Shown here piece by piece: positions 16,467 to 25,229 of a stretch of 32,000 nucleotides of DNA (position 1 is the first letter of the stretch; every line of letters starts with the position of its first letter). Origin of the DNA: Dickeya dadantii NCPPB 898. Its GTDB lineage: Bacteria > Pseudomonadota > Gammaproteobacteria > Enterobacterales > Enterobacteriaceae. The notes beneath the pieces were generated by a model that was not told the origin of the DNA, ran no database searches, and worked only from the letters and a program-made list of their open reading frames with translations. The position numbers and the translations under genes are program-made. The stretch covers positions 4,332,380-4,364,379 of the forward strand of contig NZ_CM001976.1 of the NCBI RefSeq assembly GCF_000406145.1, read 5' to 3'.

Positions 16467-16581
16467 GTTCATTCCAAACCAAAACCATGAAGAGTGACTA
16501 AACAGTCACTCCTGCTTCCGTTATGGGAACACGTTACCGTGAGCCTGCTCAAAACTATTAAAAAATCTCTTCGATCCAGAT

Positions 16582-16598
16582 AATGAAATGGCATTTCA
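16582..16598. promoter_or_regulatory. KdgR operator upstream of first pectate lyase gene
   Basis: AATGAAATGGCATTTCA fits the KdgR box consensus AATRAAAYRNYRTTTYA (as I recall it) at every position. It abuts the candidate -35. Confidence 0.65.
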
Positions 16599-16602
16599 AT
16601 TA

Positions 16603-16630
16603 TTGAATTGTTCGATTTTTACACTAAGAC
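16603..16630 (+). promoter_or_regulatory. candidate sigma70 promoter of the first pel gene
   Basis: TTGAAT, 16 nt, TAAGAC. The same geometry (TTGAAA, 16 nt, TAAAAC) recurs at 18214-18241 upstream of the second pel gene. Confidence 0.3.
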
Positions 16631-16756
16631 TGAGTTTGGCTGCCGACATACTTTGATATTTCTTACCAATGCATGCCGTTTTCAGCCTCAATACGGGCGC
16701 AGGGAATAACACATGCCCACAACATATTTATGGTTTAGAGAAAAGGAACACACGCT

Positions 16757-17884
16757 ATGAAATCACTGATTACCCCGATTACCGCTGGACTGCTACTGGC
16801 GCTCAGCCAACCGTTGCTGGCCGCCACCGACACCGGTGGCTACGCCGTTACGGCAGGGGGCAACGTTACCGGTGCCGTCAGCAAAACGGCGACGTCGATG
16901 CAGGATATCGTCGATATCATCGCCGCGGCCCGTCTGGATGCTAACGGTAAAAAGGTGAAAGGCGGCGCGTACCCGCTGGTCATCACCTATACCGGTAACG
17001 AAGATTCGCTGATCAACGCCGCGGCGGCCAATATCTGCGGCCAGTGGAGCAAAGACGCCCGCGGCGTGGAAATCAAGGAATTCACCAAAGGCATCACCAT
17101 CATCGGCGCCAACGGTTCTTCCGCCAACTTCGGTATCTGGATTAAGAAATCCTCCGACGTGGTGGTGCAAAACATGCGTATCGGCTACCTGCCGGGCGGC
17201 GCTAAAGATGGCGATATGGTCCGCGTTGACGATTCGCCGAACGTCTGGGTTGACCACAACGAACTGTTCGCCGCCAACCATGAATGCGACGGCACGCCGG
17301 ACGGCGACACCACCTTTGAGGCCGCGGTGGATATCAAGGGAGCTTCGGATTACGTCACCGTATCCTACAACTACATCCACGGCGTGAAGAAAGTCGGTCT
17401 GGACGGTTCCAGCAACAGCGACACCGGTCGCAACATCACCTATCACCATAACCGCTACAACGACGTCAACGCCCGCCTGCCGTTGCAGCGCGGCGGCCTG
17501 GTGCACGCTTACAATAACCTGTACAGCAACGTGACCAGCTCCGGCCTGAACGTGCGCCAGAACGGTCAGGCGTTAATCGAAAGCAACTGGTTCGAAAACG
17601 CGGTGAACCCGGTGACGTCCCGTTATGACGGCAAGAACTTCGGCACCTGGGTGCTGAAAAACAACAACATCACCAAACCGGCCGACTTCTCTACCTACAG
17701 CATCACCTGGACGGCGGACACCAAGGCTTACGTCAACGCGGACAGCTGGACCTCCACCGGGACTTTCCCGACGGTGGCCTACAGCTACAGCCCGGTGAGC
17801 GCACAATGCGTGAAGGACAATCTGGCTAACTACGCCGGCGTGGGCAAGAACCTGGCAACGCTGACCAGCGCAGCCTGTAAATAA
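16757..17884 (+). CDS. pelB: secreted endo-pectate lyase, PL1 family, PelB/PelC subfamily
   Basis: 375 aa with signal peptide MKSLITPITAGLLLALSQPLLA. Motifs are VWVDHNELFAANHECDGTPDGDTTFE and NARLPLQRGG (catalytic Arg region), with C-terminal ...LTSAACK. The B versus C symbol is assigned only from position (pelB-pelC-pelZ order reported for D. dadantii) and could be swapped. Confidence 0.85.
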   Translation: MKSLITPITAGLLLALSQPLLAATDTGGYAVTAGGNVTGAVSKTATSMQDIVDIIAAARLDANGKKVKGGAYPLVITYTGNEDSLINAAAANICGQWSKDARGVEIKEFTKGITIIGANGSSANFGIWIKKSSDVVVQNMRIGYLPGGAKDGDMVRVDDSPNVWVDHNELFAANHECDGTPDGDTTFEAAVDIKGASDYVTVSYNYIHGVKKVGLDGSSNSDTGRNITYHHNRYNDVNARLPLQRGGLVHAYNNLYSNVTSSGLNVRQNGQALIESNWFENAVNPVTSRYDGKNFGTWVLKNNNITKPADFSTYSITWTADTKAYVNADSWTSTGTFPTVAYSYSPVSAQCVKDNLANYAGVGKNLATLTSAACK

Positions 17885-17936
17885 TCCGGCAGCGAAGGCC
17901 AGGCATGAAAAGCAGCCCGGCTGACGCCCTATCACC

Positions 17937-17964
17937 GAGCGGGCCACACGCCCGCTCTTTTTTT
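17937..17964 (+). terminator. rho-independent terminator of the first pel gene
   Basis: GAGCGGGC-CACAC-GCCCGCTC followed by TTTTTTT (17958-17964). Confidence 0.85.
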
Positions 17965-17989
17965 GCGGCACGTATTACGCGTGGTCGCT

Positions 17990-18037
17990 ATAAGTCCGAT
18001 GCGGAATAAGTCCGATGCGGAATAAGCCTGATACGGA
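17990..18037. repeat. 3 x 16-nt tandem repeat between the two pel genes
   Basis: ATAAGTCCGATGCGGA occurs twice exactly (17990-18005, 18006-18021), then ATAAGCCTGATACGGA (18022-18037, 3 mismatches). Confidence 0.85.
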
Positions 18038-18149
18038 ACGCTACGGACAGGGCGAGTTGCCTTATACCGATTTTCAAGCCAATTTGATAATTAATCATCT
18101 TTTAATTATCAAGCGTTATGACTAAGTGGTCAGAACTCCGGCCACTAAA

Positions 18150-18165
18150 AGTGACGCCTGTCAAA
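18150..18165. promoter_or_regulatory. candidate CRP site upstream of second pel gene
   Basis: AGTGACGCCTGTCAAA versus TGTGA-N6-TCACA has two mismatches. Its position relative to the KdgR box is similar but not identical to the pelB arrangement. Confidence 0.35.
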
Positions 18166-18192
18166 ATTTGTAAAAACATAATCACCACTAAT

Positions 18193-18209
18193 AATGAAAT
18201 TACGTTTCA
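18193..18209. promoter_or_regulatory. KdgR operator upstream of second pectate lyase gene
   Basis: AATGAAATTACGTTTCA has one mismatch to AATRAAAYRNYRTTTYA. It is followed by TTGAAA, 16 nt, TAAAAC (18214-18241). Confidence 0.55.
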
Positions 18210-18428
18210 ACTATTGAAACGTCTCCTTTTTGAGCTAAAACTGAGCGCGGGTTGATTCGTGCGATTCGGTTTTACTTATCTATCTCCCAACGCATTCGAG
18301 TGGCAGGAAAGCGGTTAACGCACCTGCGACGTGGAGCGATGGGATCCCCTGCCGCACCAACCCACAACCAAGGGCATGTGGAACGATAAATGCCCATATC
18401 ACATTTTTCAAAAACAGGAATATTACTC

Positions 18429-19553
18429 ATGAAATCATTCATTGCACCGATTGCCGCCGGTCTGCTGCTGGCTTTTAGTCAATCCAGTCTGGCTGCGACT
18501 GGCGGTTACGCCACCACTTCCGGTGGTAACGTGACAGGGGCTGTCAGCAAAACCGCAGCATCCATGCAGGACATTATCGATATCATCGATGCCGCCAAAG
18601 TCGATTCCAAAGGCAAGAAGGTGAAAGGCGGCGCGTACCCGCTGGTCATCACCTATACCGGTAACGAAGACAGCTTGATCAACGCCGCTGCCGCCAACAT
18701 CTGCGGCCAGTGGAGCAAAGACGCCCGCGGTGTGGAAATCAAAGACTTCACCAAAGGCATCACCATCATCGGCGCCAACGGTTCTTCCGCTAACTTCGGT
18801 CTTTGGATCGTGAACTCCTCCGACGTGGTAGTGCGCAACATGCGTATCGGCTACCTGCCGGGCGGTGCCCAGGATGGCGATATGTTCCGTATCGACAACT
18901 CGCCGAACGTCTGGCTGGACCATAACGAACTGTTTGCCGCCAACCACGAGTGTGATGGCACCAAAGACGGCGACACCACGTTCGAATCCGCCTTTGACAT
19001 CAAGAAAGGCGCAACTTACGTCACCATTTCCTACAACAACATCCACGGCGTGAAGAAAGTCGGTCTGGCAGGGTTCAGCTCCTCTGACAGCGCCGAACGC
19101 AACATCACTTACCACCACAACATCTACAACGACGTCAACGCCCGCCTGCCGTTGCAGCGCGGCGGCAACGTACACGCCTACAACAACCTGTACACCAACA
19201 TCACCAGCTCTGGTCTGAACGTACGTCAGAACGGCAAGGCGCTGATCGAAAACAACTGGTTCGAAAACGCGGTCAACCCGGTGACGTCTCGTTACGACGG
19301 CAGCAATTTCGGTACCTGGGTGCTGAAAAACAACAACATCACCAAACCGGCTGATTTCGCCACCTACAACATCACCTGGACGGCGGATACCAAGGCTTAC
19401 GTGAACGCAGACAGCTGGACTTCCACCGGCACTTACCCGGCTGTGACCTACAGCTACAGCCCGGTCAGCGCGCAGTGCGTGAAGGACAAACTGGCTAGCT
19501 ACGCCGGCGTCGGTAAAAACCTGGCCGAGCTGACCAGCGCTGCCTGTAAATAA
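18429..19553 (+). CDS. pelC: secreted endo-pectate lyase, PL1 family, PelB/PelC subfamily (paralog of 16757-17884)
   Basis: Start ATG 18429 gives signal peptide MKSFIAPIAAGLLLAFSQSSLA, preceded by AGGAA. The 374-aa product is very similar to the upstream paralog and lies immediately upstream of the pelZ-like gene. The track start at 18390 adds 13 non-signal-like residues. Confidence 0.85.
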   Translation: MKSFIAPIAAGLLLAFSQSSLAATGGYATTSGGNVTGAVSKTAASMQDIIDIIDAAKVDSKGKKVKGGAYPLVITYTGNEDSLINAAAANICGQWSKDARGVEIKDFTKGITIIGANGSSANFGLWIVNSSDVVVRNMRIGYLPGGAQDGDMFRIDNSPNVWLDHNELFAANHECDGTKDGDTTFESAFDIKKGATYVTISYNNIHGVKKVGLAGFSSSDSAERNITYHHNIYNDVNARLPLQRGGNVHAYNNLYTNITSSGLNVRQNGKALIENNWFENAVNPVTSRYDGSNFGTWVLKNNNITKPADFATYNITWTADTKAYVNADSWTSTGTYPAVTYSYSPVSAQCVKDKLASYAGVGKNLAELTSAACK

Positions 19554-19641
19554 TCGGTTCTCATCAGCCACGCTGATGCCTGGAACCCCCATCCGTCCGG
19601 CAAGCCCGGACGGATGGCGGAACGACTATAGAGCGGGAGAG

Positions 19642-19676
19642 CGACATTCGCTCGCCCGCTTTTTTATCTAGCCGTG
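19642..19676 (+). terminator. rho-independent terminator after second pel gene
   Basis: AGCGGGAGAGCGA-CAT-TCGCTCGCCCGCT (13-bp stem, 1 mismatch) followed by TTTTTT. A second hairpin, CCATCCGTCCGG-CAAGC-CCGGACGGATGG, lies at 19599-19627 without a T-run. Confidence 0.8.
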
Positions 19677-19720
19677 TCCCACCGTGACAGGACACGATCC
19701 GGCATATGGAGCAAGCCATT

Positions 19721-20983
19721 ATGAAACATACCCTTCTGTTTGCTTTACTGTTCAGCACCAGCGTCCTGACCGTTCAGGCCGCCAGCACCGCCGCCCCCGA
19801 CCTGAAAGGATTCGGAACCGAGACGGTCGCCGGCAGCGGCGGAAAAATCATCCGCGTGACTACGCTGGACTCCGGCGGCGCCGGTTCGCTGCGTGAAGCG
19901 CTGGCCACCAAAGGCCCGCGTATTATCGTGTTTGAAGTCGGCGGTATTATCGACCTGGACGAAAAAGATATCCGGCTCGCCGAGCCCTACGTCACTATCG
20001 CCGGCCAGACCGCGCCATCGCCGGGCATCACGCTGGTCAAGGGCGGCATGATGATCACCACCCATGACGTACTGGTGCAACATATCCGTTTCCGCATCGG
20101 CGATAACGGCCACGCCAAGAAGAGCGGCTTTGAAAAAGACGTGTCGCTCTACGGACCAAACGCCTACAACGTGGTGGTGGACCACTGCAGCTTTGCCTGG
20201 GGCACCGACGAAAACCTGTCGGTTTCCGGGCCGCGTTACGACGGCCCATCCGGCACGGCTCATAACGTCACCTTCTCCAATAACATCATTGCGGAAGGCC
20301 TGTACGACTCCAGCCACTCCAAAGGTATTCACTCGATGGGTACGCTGGTCCACGATAACGTGACCAACGCGGCAATCATCGGCAACCTGTATGCCCACAA
20401 CAACGAACGCAACCCCTGGTTCAAGGGCGCCACTACCGGTGTGGTAGTCAACAACCTGATCTACAACCCAGGCATCTGGGGTATTCGCATCGGTGCGATA
20501 CAGAGCGAGTGGGAAGGCCGCTCCCTGCCGGTTAACGCCAAAGTGGCGATCGCCGGTAACGTGATGTATCACGGCGCCAACACCAAGTCCGGTCTGTCGC
20601 TGGTCGGCAGCAACACCACCGGCGGCGATGTCTGGATGAGCGACAATCTGGCCTTCGACAAAGCGGGCAAAGCCGTGGCGCAAACCTCCGGCACCGGCAT
20701 CAACCTGCTGAAATCCGCGCCGGTATGGCCCACCGGGCTGACCGCCATCAGTTCCTCGTCGGTGGCTAATCAGGTAACGCAGCATGCCGGCGCTCGCCCG
20801 AAAGATCGCGACGCGGTGGATAAACGCATCGTCAGCGACTTCCAGAAACGCAGCGGTACCTTCGTCAACAGCCAGAGTGAAGTCGGCGGCTATCCGACCG
20901 CGACTGCGACCAAGCGCACCCTGACAGTACCAAGTACTAACGTTGACGCCTGGCTGCAGCAAATGGCCAAAGATCTGGAATAA
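19721..20983 (+). CDS. pelZ: pectate lyase PelZ-like (PL1-related)
   Basis: ATG 19721 lies 9 nt after TGGAG. Signal peptide is MKHTLLFALLFSTSVLTVQA and the product is 420 aa, the size reported for PelZ. Motifs are VVVDHCSFAWGTDENLSV and NNERNPWFKG. It sits downstream of the pelB/C pair as described for the pelB-pelC-pelZ cluster. Confidence 0.8.
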   Translation: MKHTLLFALLFSTSVLTVQAASTAAPDLKGFGTETVAGSGGKIIRVTTLDSGGAGSLREALATKGPRIIVFEVGGIIDLDEKDIRLAEPYVTIAGQTAPSPGITLVKGGMMITTHDVLVQHIRFRIGDNGHAKKSGFEKDVSLYGPNAYNVVVDHCSFAWGTDENLSVSGPRYDGPSGTAHNVTFSNNIIAEGLYDSSHSKGIHSMGTLVHDNVTNAAIIGNLYAHNNERNPWFKGATTGVVVNNLIYNPGIWGIRIGAIQSEWEGRSLPVNAKVAIAGNVMYHGANTKSGLSLVGSNTTGGDVWMSDNLAFDKAGKAVAQTSGTGINLLKSAPVWPTGLTAISSSSVANQVTQHAGARPKDRDAVDKRIVSDFQKRSGTFVNSQSEVGGYPTATATKRTLTVPSTNVDAWLQQMAKDLE

Positions 20984-21170
20984 CGGTTCATTGAAGTAAC
21001 GCCTTACCGGCGAATGCCAGTTACGCTACGTGGCTGGCATTTAGCATGTTATCGGCTGGAACATATTATTGTCTTGGTACGAGTTATTGTCTGGTACATG
21101 CTATTGGCCGGTACAGGCGCAATAACCGGGCAAGGAAAGGCGTGAGCGGACGCGTAGCGCCGGTTGAAAT

Positions 21171-21203
21171 AAAAAATCCCCTTACCGTTCAACGGCAAGG
21201 GGA
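21171..21203 (-). terminator. rho-independent terminator of ppiA
   Basis: On the minus strand, TCCCCTTGCCG-TTGAA-CGGTAAGGGGA is followed by UUUUUU (21171-21176). Confidence 0.8.
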
Positions 21204-21245
21204 CAGAGTTAACCTCTCATCAGGACATGTCAGGTCAGTAAACGG

Positions 21246-21818
21246 TTATTTCTTAATGATTTTCGCCGACTGAATCACAATCGGTTTGGAAGGCACGTTC
21301 TGATACGGCCCTACATTTTCTGTCTGGACCTGAGAAATCTTGTCAGCCACTTCCATGCCTTTCACCACTTTACCGAATACGGCGTAGCCAAAATCACGCT
21401 GGCCGTGATCCAGAAAAGCGTTGTCCGCGACGTTGATGAAGAACTGGCTGGTAGCGCTGTCTTTTTCGCTGGTGCGCGCCATGGAAATGGTACCGCGCAG
21501 GTTACGCAGGCCATTGTCCGCTTCATTCTTGACCGGCGGATTGGTGGCTTTCTGTTTCATATCGCTGCTGAAACCACCACCCTGAACCATGAATCCCGGA
21601 ATGACACGGTGGAAAATGGTGCCGTTGTAAAACCCGCTGTTGACATAATCAACAAAGTTTTTCACGGAAACCGGCGCTTTTTGGTCATCCAGAGCCAGTT
21701 CAATGTTGCCCGCAGAGGTGGTCAGCAACACATGGGTGGACGTGGTTGCGGCAAAAGCCGGTGAAAATGCGGTCAGCGAGAGTACGGTTACTACCGCTGC
21801 CAATATACGTTTTGACAT
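21246..21818 (-). CDS. ppiA: periplasmic peptidyl-prolyl cis-trans isomerase A (cyclophilin)
   Basis: ATG 21818 has an AAGGAA SD and signal peptide [23 protein letters not shown]. The cyclophilin core includes [15 protein letters not shown] and SQFFINV. The track start at 21875 is an extension. Confidence 0.93.
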   Translation of the reverse strand: MSKRILAAVVTVLSLTAFSPAFAATTSTHVLLTTSAGNIELALDDQKAPVSVKNFVDYVNSGFYNGTIFHRVIPGFMVQGGGFSSDMKQKATNPPVKNEADNGLRNLRGTISMARTSEKDSATSQFFINVADNAFLDHGQRDFGYAVFGKVVKGMEVADKISQVQTENVGPYQNVPSKPIVIQSAKIIKK

Positions 21819-22062
21819 GAAGAATTCCTTTTGAGGATCAACGACAGAAAGCGTACCGATTTTAAATAGCCACACCTTTCTGCGCCACCCATTTTACCTT
21901 TTTTTACGCGATCCCGACCACCCATTGGCGATAAAAAGAGCACTATTTGCGCTCTTAACCCCCAGATAACCTGTGATGGCGACAATCACGCTCCCCCGGC
22001 GCCGTACTCTTGCTACCGGGGGAGGTAAAAACCGTCAAAAGGAAGACGTCCGAAACGTCTTG

Positions 22063-23271
22063 TCAGTGCTTGCTCAGTGTATGGGCATCAATCCAGTCAA
22101 AGTTAATGTCTTCGCCCAAACCGGGACGCTGCGACAAATGGACATACCCTTCTTCATCCATCGGGTCGACCAGCGTATTCAGATAGGCCGCCGGTTCGTC
22201 ATAGTTCAGGAACGGATGCAGCAGACCGCGTTCGTACCAGCGGCAGTTTTTAATCGCCCCCACCACCGCCAGATTCGGCGCGCCGTTGCCGTGAATTTCG
22301 CAATCCATGCCGAAAGCTTCCGCCAGATGTGCCACCTTGAGACACGGCGAAATCCCGCCCACGCCCTGCACCCCGGCGCGCAGAATGTCGCAGGCGCCTT
22401 CTTTCACCCAGTCGGCGCGGCTGAAGTATTTCCCGCCCAGGCTTTCCGGCCCGATGACGTCGATGTCCAGATTCTTGTTCAGCCAGCTGTAAGACGCCAT
22501 GCTCTGCTCTTCCATCGGCTCTTCGAACCAGGTGAAGTTCAGTTTTTGCAGTTCACGACCGATGTACCGCGCTTCGCTGCGGCTGTACCAGTGGTAGCCG
22601 TCCAGCATCAGGCAGATATCCGGCCCCACCGCTTCGCGCACCGCCGCACAGGCTTTGACGTCCATTTGCGGGCTGGGCGCGAACGACACCGGCGGCATCC
22701 AGGTATGCAGCTTGATGGCTTTGTAGCCGCGCTTCACCAGCTTCTCGGCGAACTGACCGTACTCGTCCGGCGTGGACAGGCCGCCTTGCAGCTCGTCGCC
22801 GCACATGGTGCTGCCGTAAGCCGGCACTTTATCGCGGTAGCCGCCCAGCAGTTTATACACCGGCAGGTTCAGCGCGTGCCCGGCCAGATCCCACAGCGCC
22901 TGTTCGGCGATCGCCAGCGCCCGGTCGGTCAGTTGGTTGGCGCTGCCGCGCTGCCAGTGCACCAGATCCTGCCACAGCCGCTCACGATCAAACGGATCCT
23001 GCCCAATCAACACTTTGCGGAAAAAGCTGTTCACCACATACGGGCGGATCACTTCCGGCGGCGCAAACGCATAGCCTTTGTGGCCGCTATCGGCGGTGAT
23101 GGTCAGCAACGCCATACTGGCCTGATGCTCATCGCCCGGATGGGAATGCCCGGCGCTGTCAGAGACGCGACGAGTGGGATAAGTGAAGACGGTGACGTCG
23201 ATCGATTCAATTTTCACGTTGATTACCTGCCTGAAGGTGAAGCGCCTGCCAGCACGGGTTCTTATAGCCAT
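22063..23271 (-). CDS. enolase-superfamily enzyme (mandelate racemase/muconate lactonizing family, acid-sugar dehydratase-like)
   Basis: Motifs include ALWDLAGHALNLPVYKLLGG, MLDGYHWY, FTWFEEP and CEIHGNG. The ATG at 23271 has no SD. An internal GTG at 23217 (VKIESIDVTVF...) preceded by AGGCAGG may be the real start (384 aa). Confidence 0.75.
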   Translation of the reverse strand: MAIRTRAGRRFTFRQVINVKIESIDVTVFTYPTRRVSDSAGHSHPGDEHQASMALLTITADSGHKGYAFAPPEVIRPYVVNSFFRKVLIGQDPFDRERLWQDLVHWQRGSANQLTDRALAIAEQALWDLAGHALNLPVYKLLGGYRDKVPAYGSTMCGDELQGGLSTPDEYGQFAEKLVKRGYKAIKLHTWMPPVSFAPSPQMDVKACAAVREAVGPDICLMLDGYHWYSRSEARYIGRELQKLNFTWFEEPMEEQSMASYSWLNKNLDIDVIGPESLGGKYFSRADWVKEGACDILRAGVQGVGGISPCLKVAHLAEAFGMDCEIHGNGAPNLAVVGAIKNCRWYERGLLHPFLNYDEPAAYLNTLVDPMDEEGYVHLSQRPGLGEDINFDWIDAHTLSKH

Positions 23272-23460
23272 AAAGAGAACGAATAGGGAATAAAAACACA
23301 GTGCCGATTTAATAAAATTGCGTTTTATTTTTATCGATTATTGAGGAAGTCTGCCGTGAGGTCATTAGGCAATTTATAACATTTGTGAAAATTATCCGCC
23401 CGATGATTATGCAATTGCCCTATTTACAAGCGTCCGCCCATCAAAACATAAAGCAGAACA

Positions 23461-23497
23461 TAAAAAAAGCGCCGTTCCTGATAGGGAAAACGGCGCT
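23461..23497 (-). terminator. rho-independent terminator of the dam-rpe-gph-trpS transcription unit
   Basis: AGCGCCGTT (23468-23476) pairs with AACGGCGCT (23489-23497). On the minus strand it is followed by UUUUUUU (23462-23468). Confidence 0.8.
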
Positions 23498-23524
23498 GTC
23501 TGAACCGGTCTGGTAAAAAGCAGA

Positions 23525-24529
23525 TTACGGGCGAGCCACGAATCCAACCACGTCATACACCTTACGCAGCGTTTCCTGCGCGCGGGCGCTGGCTTTCTGC
23601 GCGCCGTCACGCATGACCTGCTGCAGGAAAGCTTCATCATCGCGGAAGCGGTGATAACGCGCCTGCAACTCGCTCAGCATGCCGGAGACGGCATCCGCTA
23701 CCGCACCTTTCAGGTGACCATACATCTGGCCGTCGAACGCCTTCTCCAGCTCGGGAATGGATTTCCCCGTCACCCCGGAGAGAATATCCAGCAGGTTGGA
23801 TACGCCGGCCTTGTTTTGCAGGTCGTAGCGCACCACCGGCGGCTCGTCGGAATCCGTTACCGCGCGTTTGATCTTCTTCACCACCGATTTCGGATCTTCC
23901 AGCAGGCCGATGACGTTATTGCGATTATCATCCGACTTGGACATTTTCCTGGTCGGCTCCAGCAGCGACATCACCCGCGCGCCGGACTTGGGAATAAACG
24001 GCTCCGGAATACGGAAGATTTCGCCGTAAATCGTGTTGAAACGCTGGGCGATATCACGGCTCAGCTCCAGATGCTGTTTCTGATCTTCCCCGACCGGCAC
24101 CTGATTGGTCTGGTACAGCAGGATATCGGCCGCCATCAATACCGGATAGTCGAACAGGCCGGCGTTAATGTTTTCCTCATAACGGGCGGACTTGTCCTTG
24201 AACTGGGTCATACGGCTCAGTTCGCCGAAATAGGTGTAACAGTTCAGCAGCCAGCCCAACTGCGCGTGCTCAGGCACATGCGACTGAACGAAAATCGTGC
24301 TCTTTTGCGGGTCGATGCCGCAAGCCAGATAGAGCGCCAGCGTGTCCAGCGTGGCCTTGCGCAGTTGCTGCGGGTCCTGACGTACGGTGATCGCATGCTG
24401 ATCCACGATGCAATAGATGCAGTCAAAATCATCCTGCATGTTGACCCACTGACGTAACGCACCCATGTAGTTACCAATGGTCAACTCGCCTGACGGCTGT
24501 GCGCCGCTAAATACAATGGGCTTACTCAT
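23525..24529 (-). CDS. trpS: tryptophan--tRNA ligase
   Basis: ATG 24529 gives [29 protein letters not shown]... with KMSKS. The product is 334 aa, as in E. coli TrpS. Confidence 0.97.
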   Translation of the reverse strand: MSKPIVFSGAQPSGELTIGNYMGALRQWVNMQDDFDCIYCIVDQHAITVRQDPQQLRKATLDTLALYLACGIDPQKSTIFVQSHVPEHAQLGWLLNCYTYFGELSRMTQFKDKSARYEENINAGLFDYPVLMAADILLYQTNQVPVGEDQKQHLELSRDIAQRFNTIYGEIFRIPEPFIPKSGARVMSLLEPTRKMSKSDDNRNNVIGLLEDPKSVVKKIKRAVTDSDEPPVVRYDLQNKAGVSNLLDILSGVTGKSIPELEKAFDGQMYGHLKGAVADAVSGMLSELQARYHRFRDDEAFLQQVMRDGAQKASARAQETLRKVYDVVGFVARP

Positions 24530-24530
24530 G

Positions 24531-25229
24531 TCATGCTTCCTGATCGTTTGAAAGGGGTAACCCGGCAAGGGTCAATAGATCCGCAAAGCGATCCAGCACC
24601 ACGTCGGGGTGGCTCAGGGCGATCGCCTCGCCATAGTTATAGCCGTACGTCATGCCGACGCACGGGCATCCGGCGGCCCGCGCCGCCTGTATATCATTGC
24701 GCGAATCGCCGACGAACAGCAACTCGTTCGCGCGCAAACCGAGCTTGCCCAGCACCATGTACAGCGGCGCAGGATGCGGCTTCTTCTCGGTCACGTCATC
24801 GCCGCCGATGATCAGCGCGAAGTCGTCGCCGATCCCCAGCATCTCCAGCAACGGGGCAACGAACGGCGTCGGTTTATTGGTGACGACCGCCATGCGAAAA
24901 CCGCGTTCGGCCAATTGGGTCAGCGTGTCCTGCACATCTGGAAACAGCTGGCTACCGCTGTCCACCGTGCGGGCATAATACTTATCGAACAGCGAACGGG
25001 TATCCTGAACCTGCCGGGCCGTCGGTTCCATACCCGCCCAGCGCAATGCGCGCTCCACCAGCACATCGGCGCCGTTGCCAATCCAGGTGGATACCCGCTC
25101 TTCGCCCGCATGAGGCAGCGATAACGCGCCTAATGTCATATCAACCGCTTCAGCCAGCCCCGGCGCGCTGTTGATCAGCGTTCCATCAAGGTCGAACGCC
25201 AGCCCGCGAATCGCAGAAAAATCAGCCAT
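24531..25229 (-). CDS. gph: phosphoglycolate phosphatase
   Basis: ATG 25229 gives [21 protein letters not shown] (HAD motif I) and ...[15 protein letters not shown]. It overlaps the rpe stop by 8 nt, and its own stop lies 1 nt from the trpS ATG. Confidence 0.9.
   Translation of the reverse strand: MADFSAIRGLAFDLDGTLINSAPGLAEAVDMTLGALSLPHAGEERVSTWIGNGADVLVERALRWAGMEPTARQVQDTRSLFDKYYARTVDSGSQLFPDVQDTLTQLAERGFRMAVVTNKPTPFVAPLLEMLGIGDDFALIIGGDDVTEKKPHPAPLYMVLGKLGLRANELLFVGDSRNDIQAARAAGCPCVGMTYGYNYGEAIALSHPDVVLDRFADLLTLAGLPLSNDQEA

Noticed and set aside
17990-18037. Possibility that the tandem repeats here or at 21066-21114 are a CRISPR array
   Set aside because: The units are contiguous or separated by 3-4 nt with no unique spacers. 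There are only 3 copies and no cas genes.
18435-19592. 385-aa minus-strand ORF antisense to pelC, with similar ORFs at 16793-17506 and 17573-17971 over pelB
   Set aside because: These are shadow ORFs of the pectate lyase genes, Val/Gly/Asp-rich and without features.
19745-20962. 405-aa minus-strand ORF antisense to pelZ
   Set aside because: It is a shadow ORF. The plus strand has the signal peptide and PL1 motifs.
5566-21245. Classification of the accessory block as a mobile genetic element or prophage
   Set aside because: No integrase, transposase, phage structural genes, att-like direct repeats or tRNA were found by reading. The GH19 gene alone is insufficient.
21973-23286. 437-aa plus-strand ORF antisense to the enolase-family gene
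   Set aside because: It is a shadow ORF, Arg/Ala/His-rich, with no recognisable domain.
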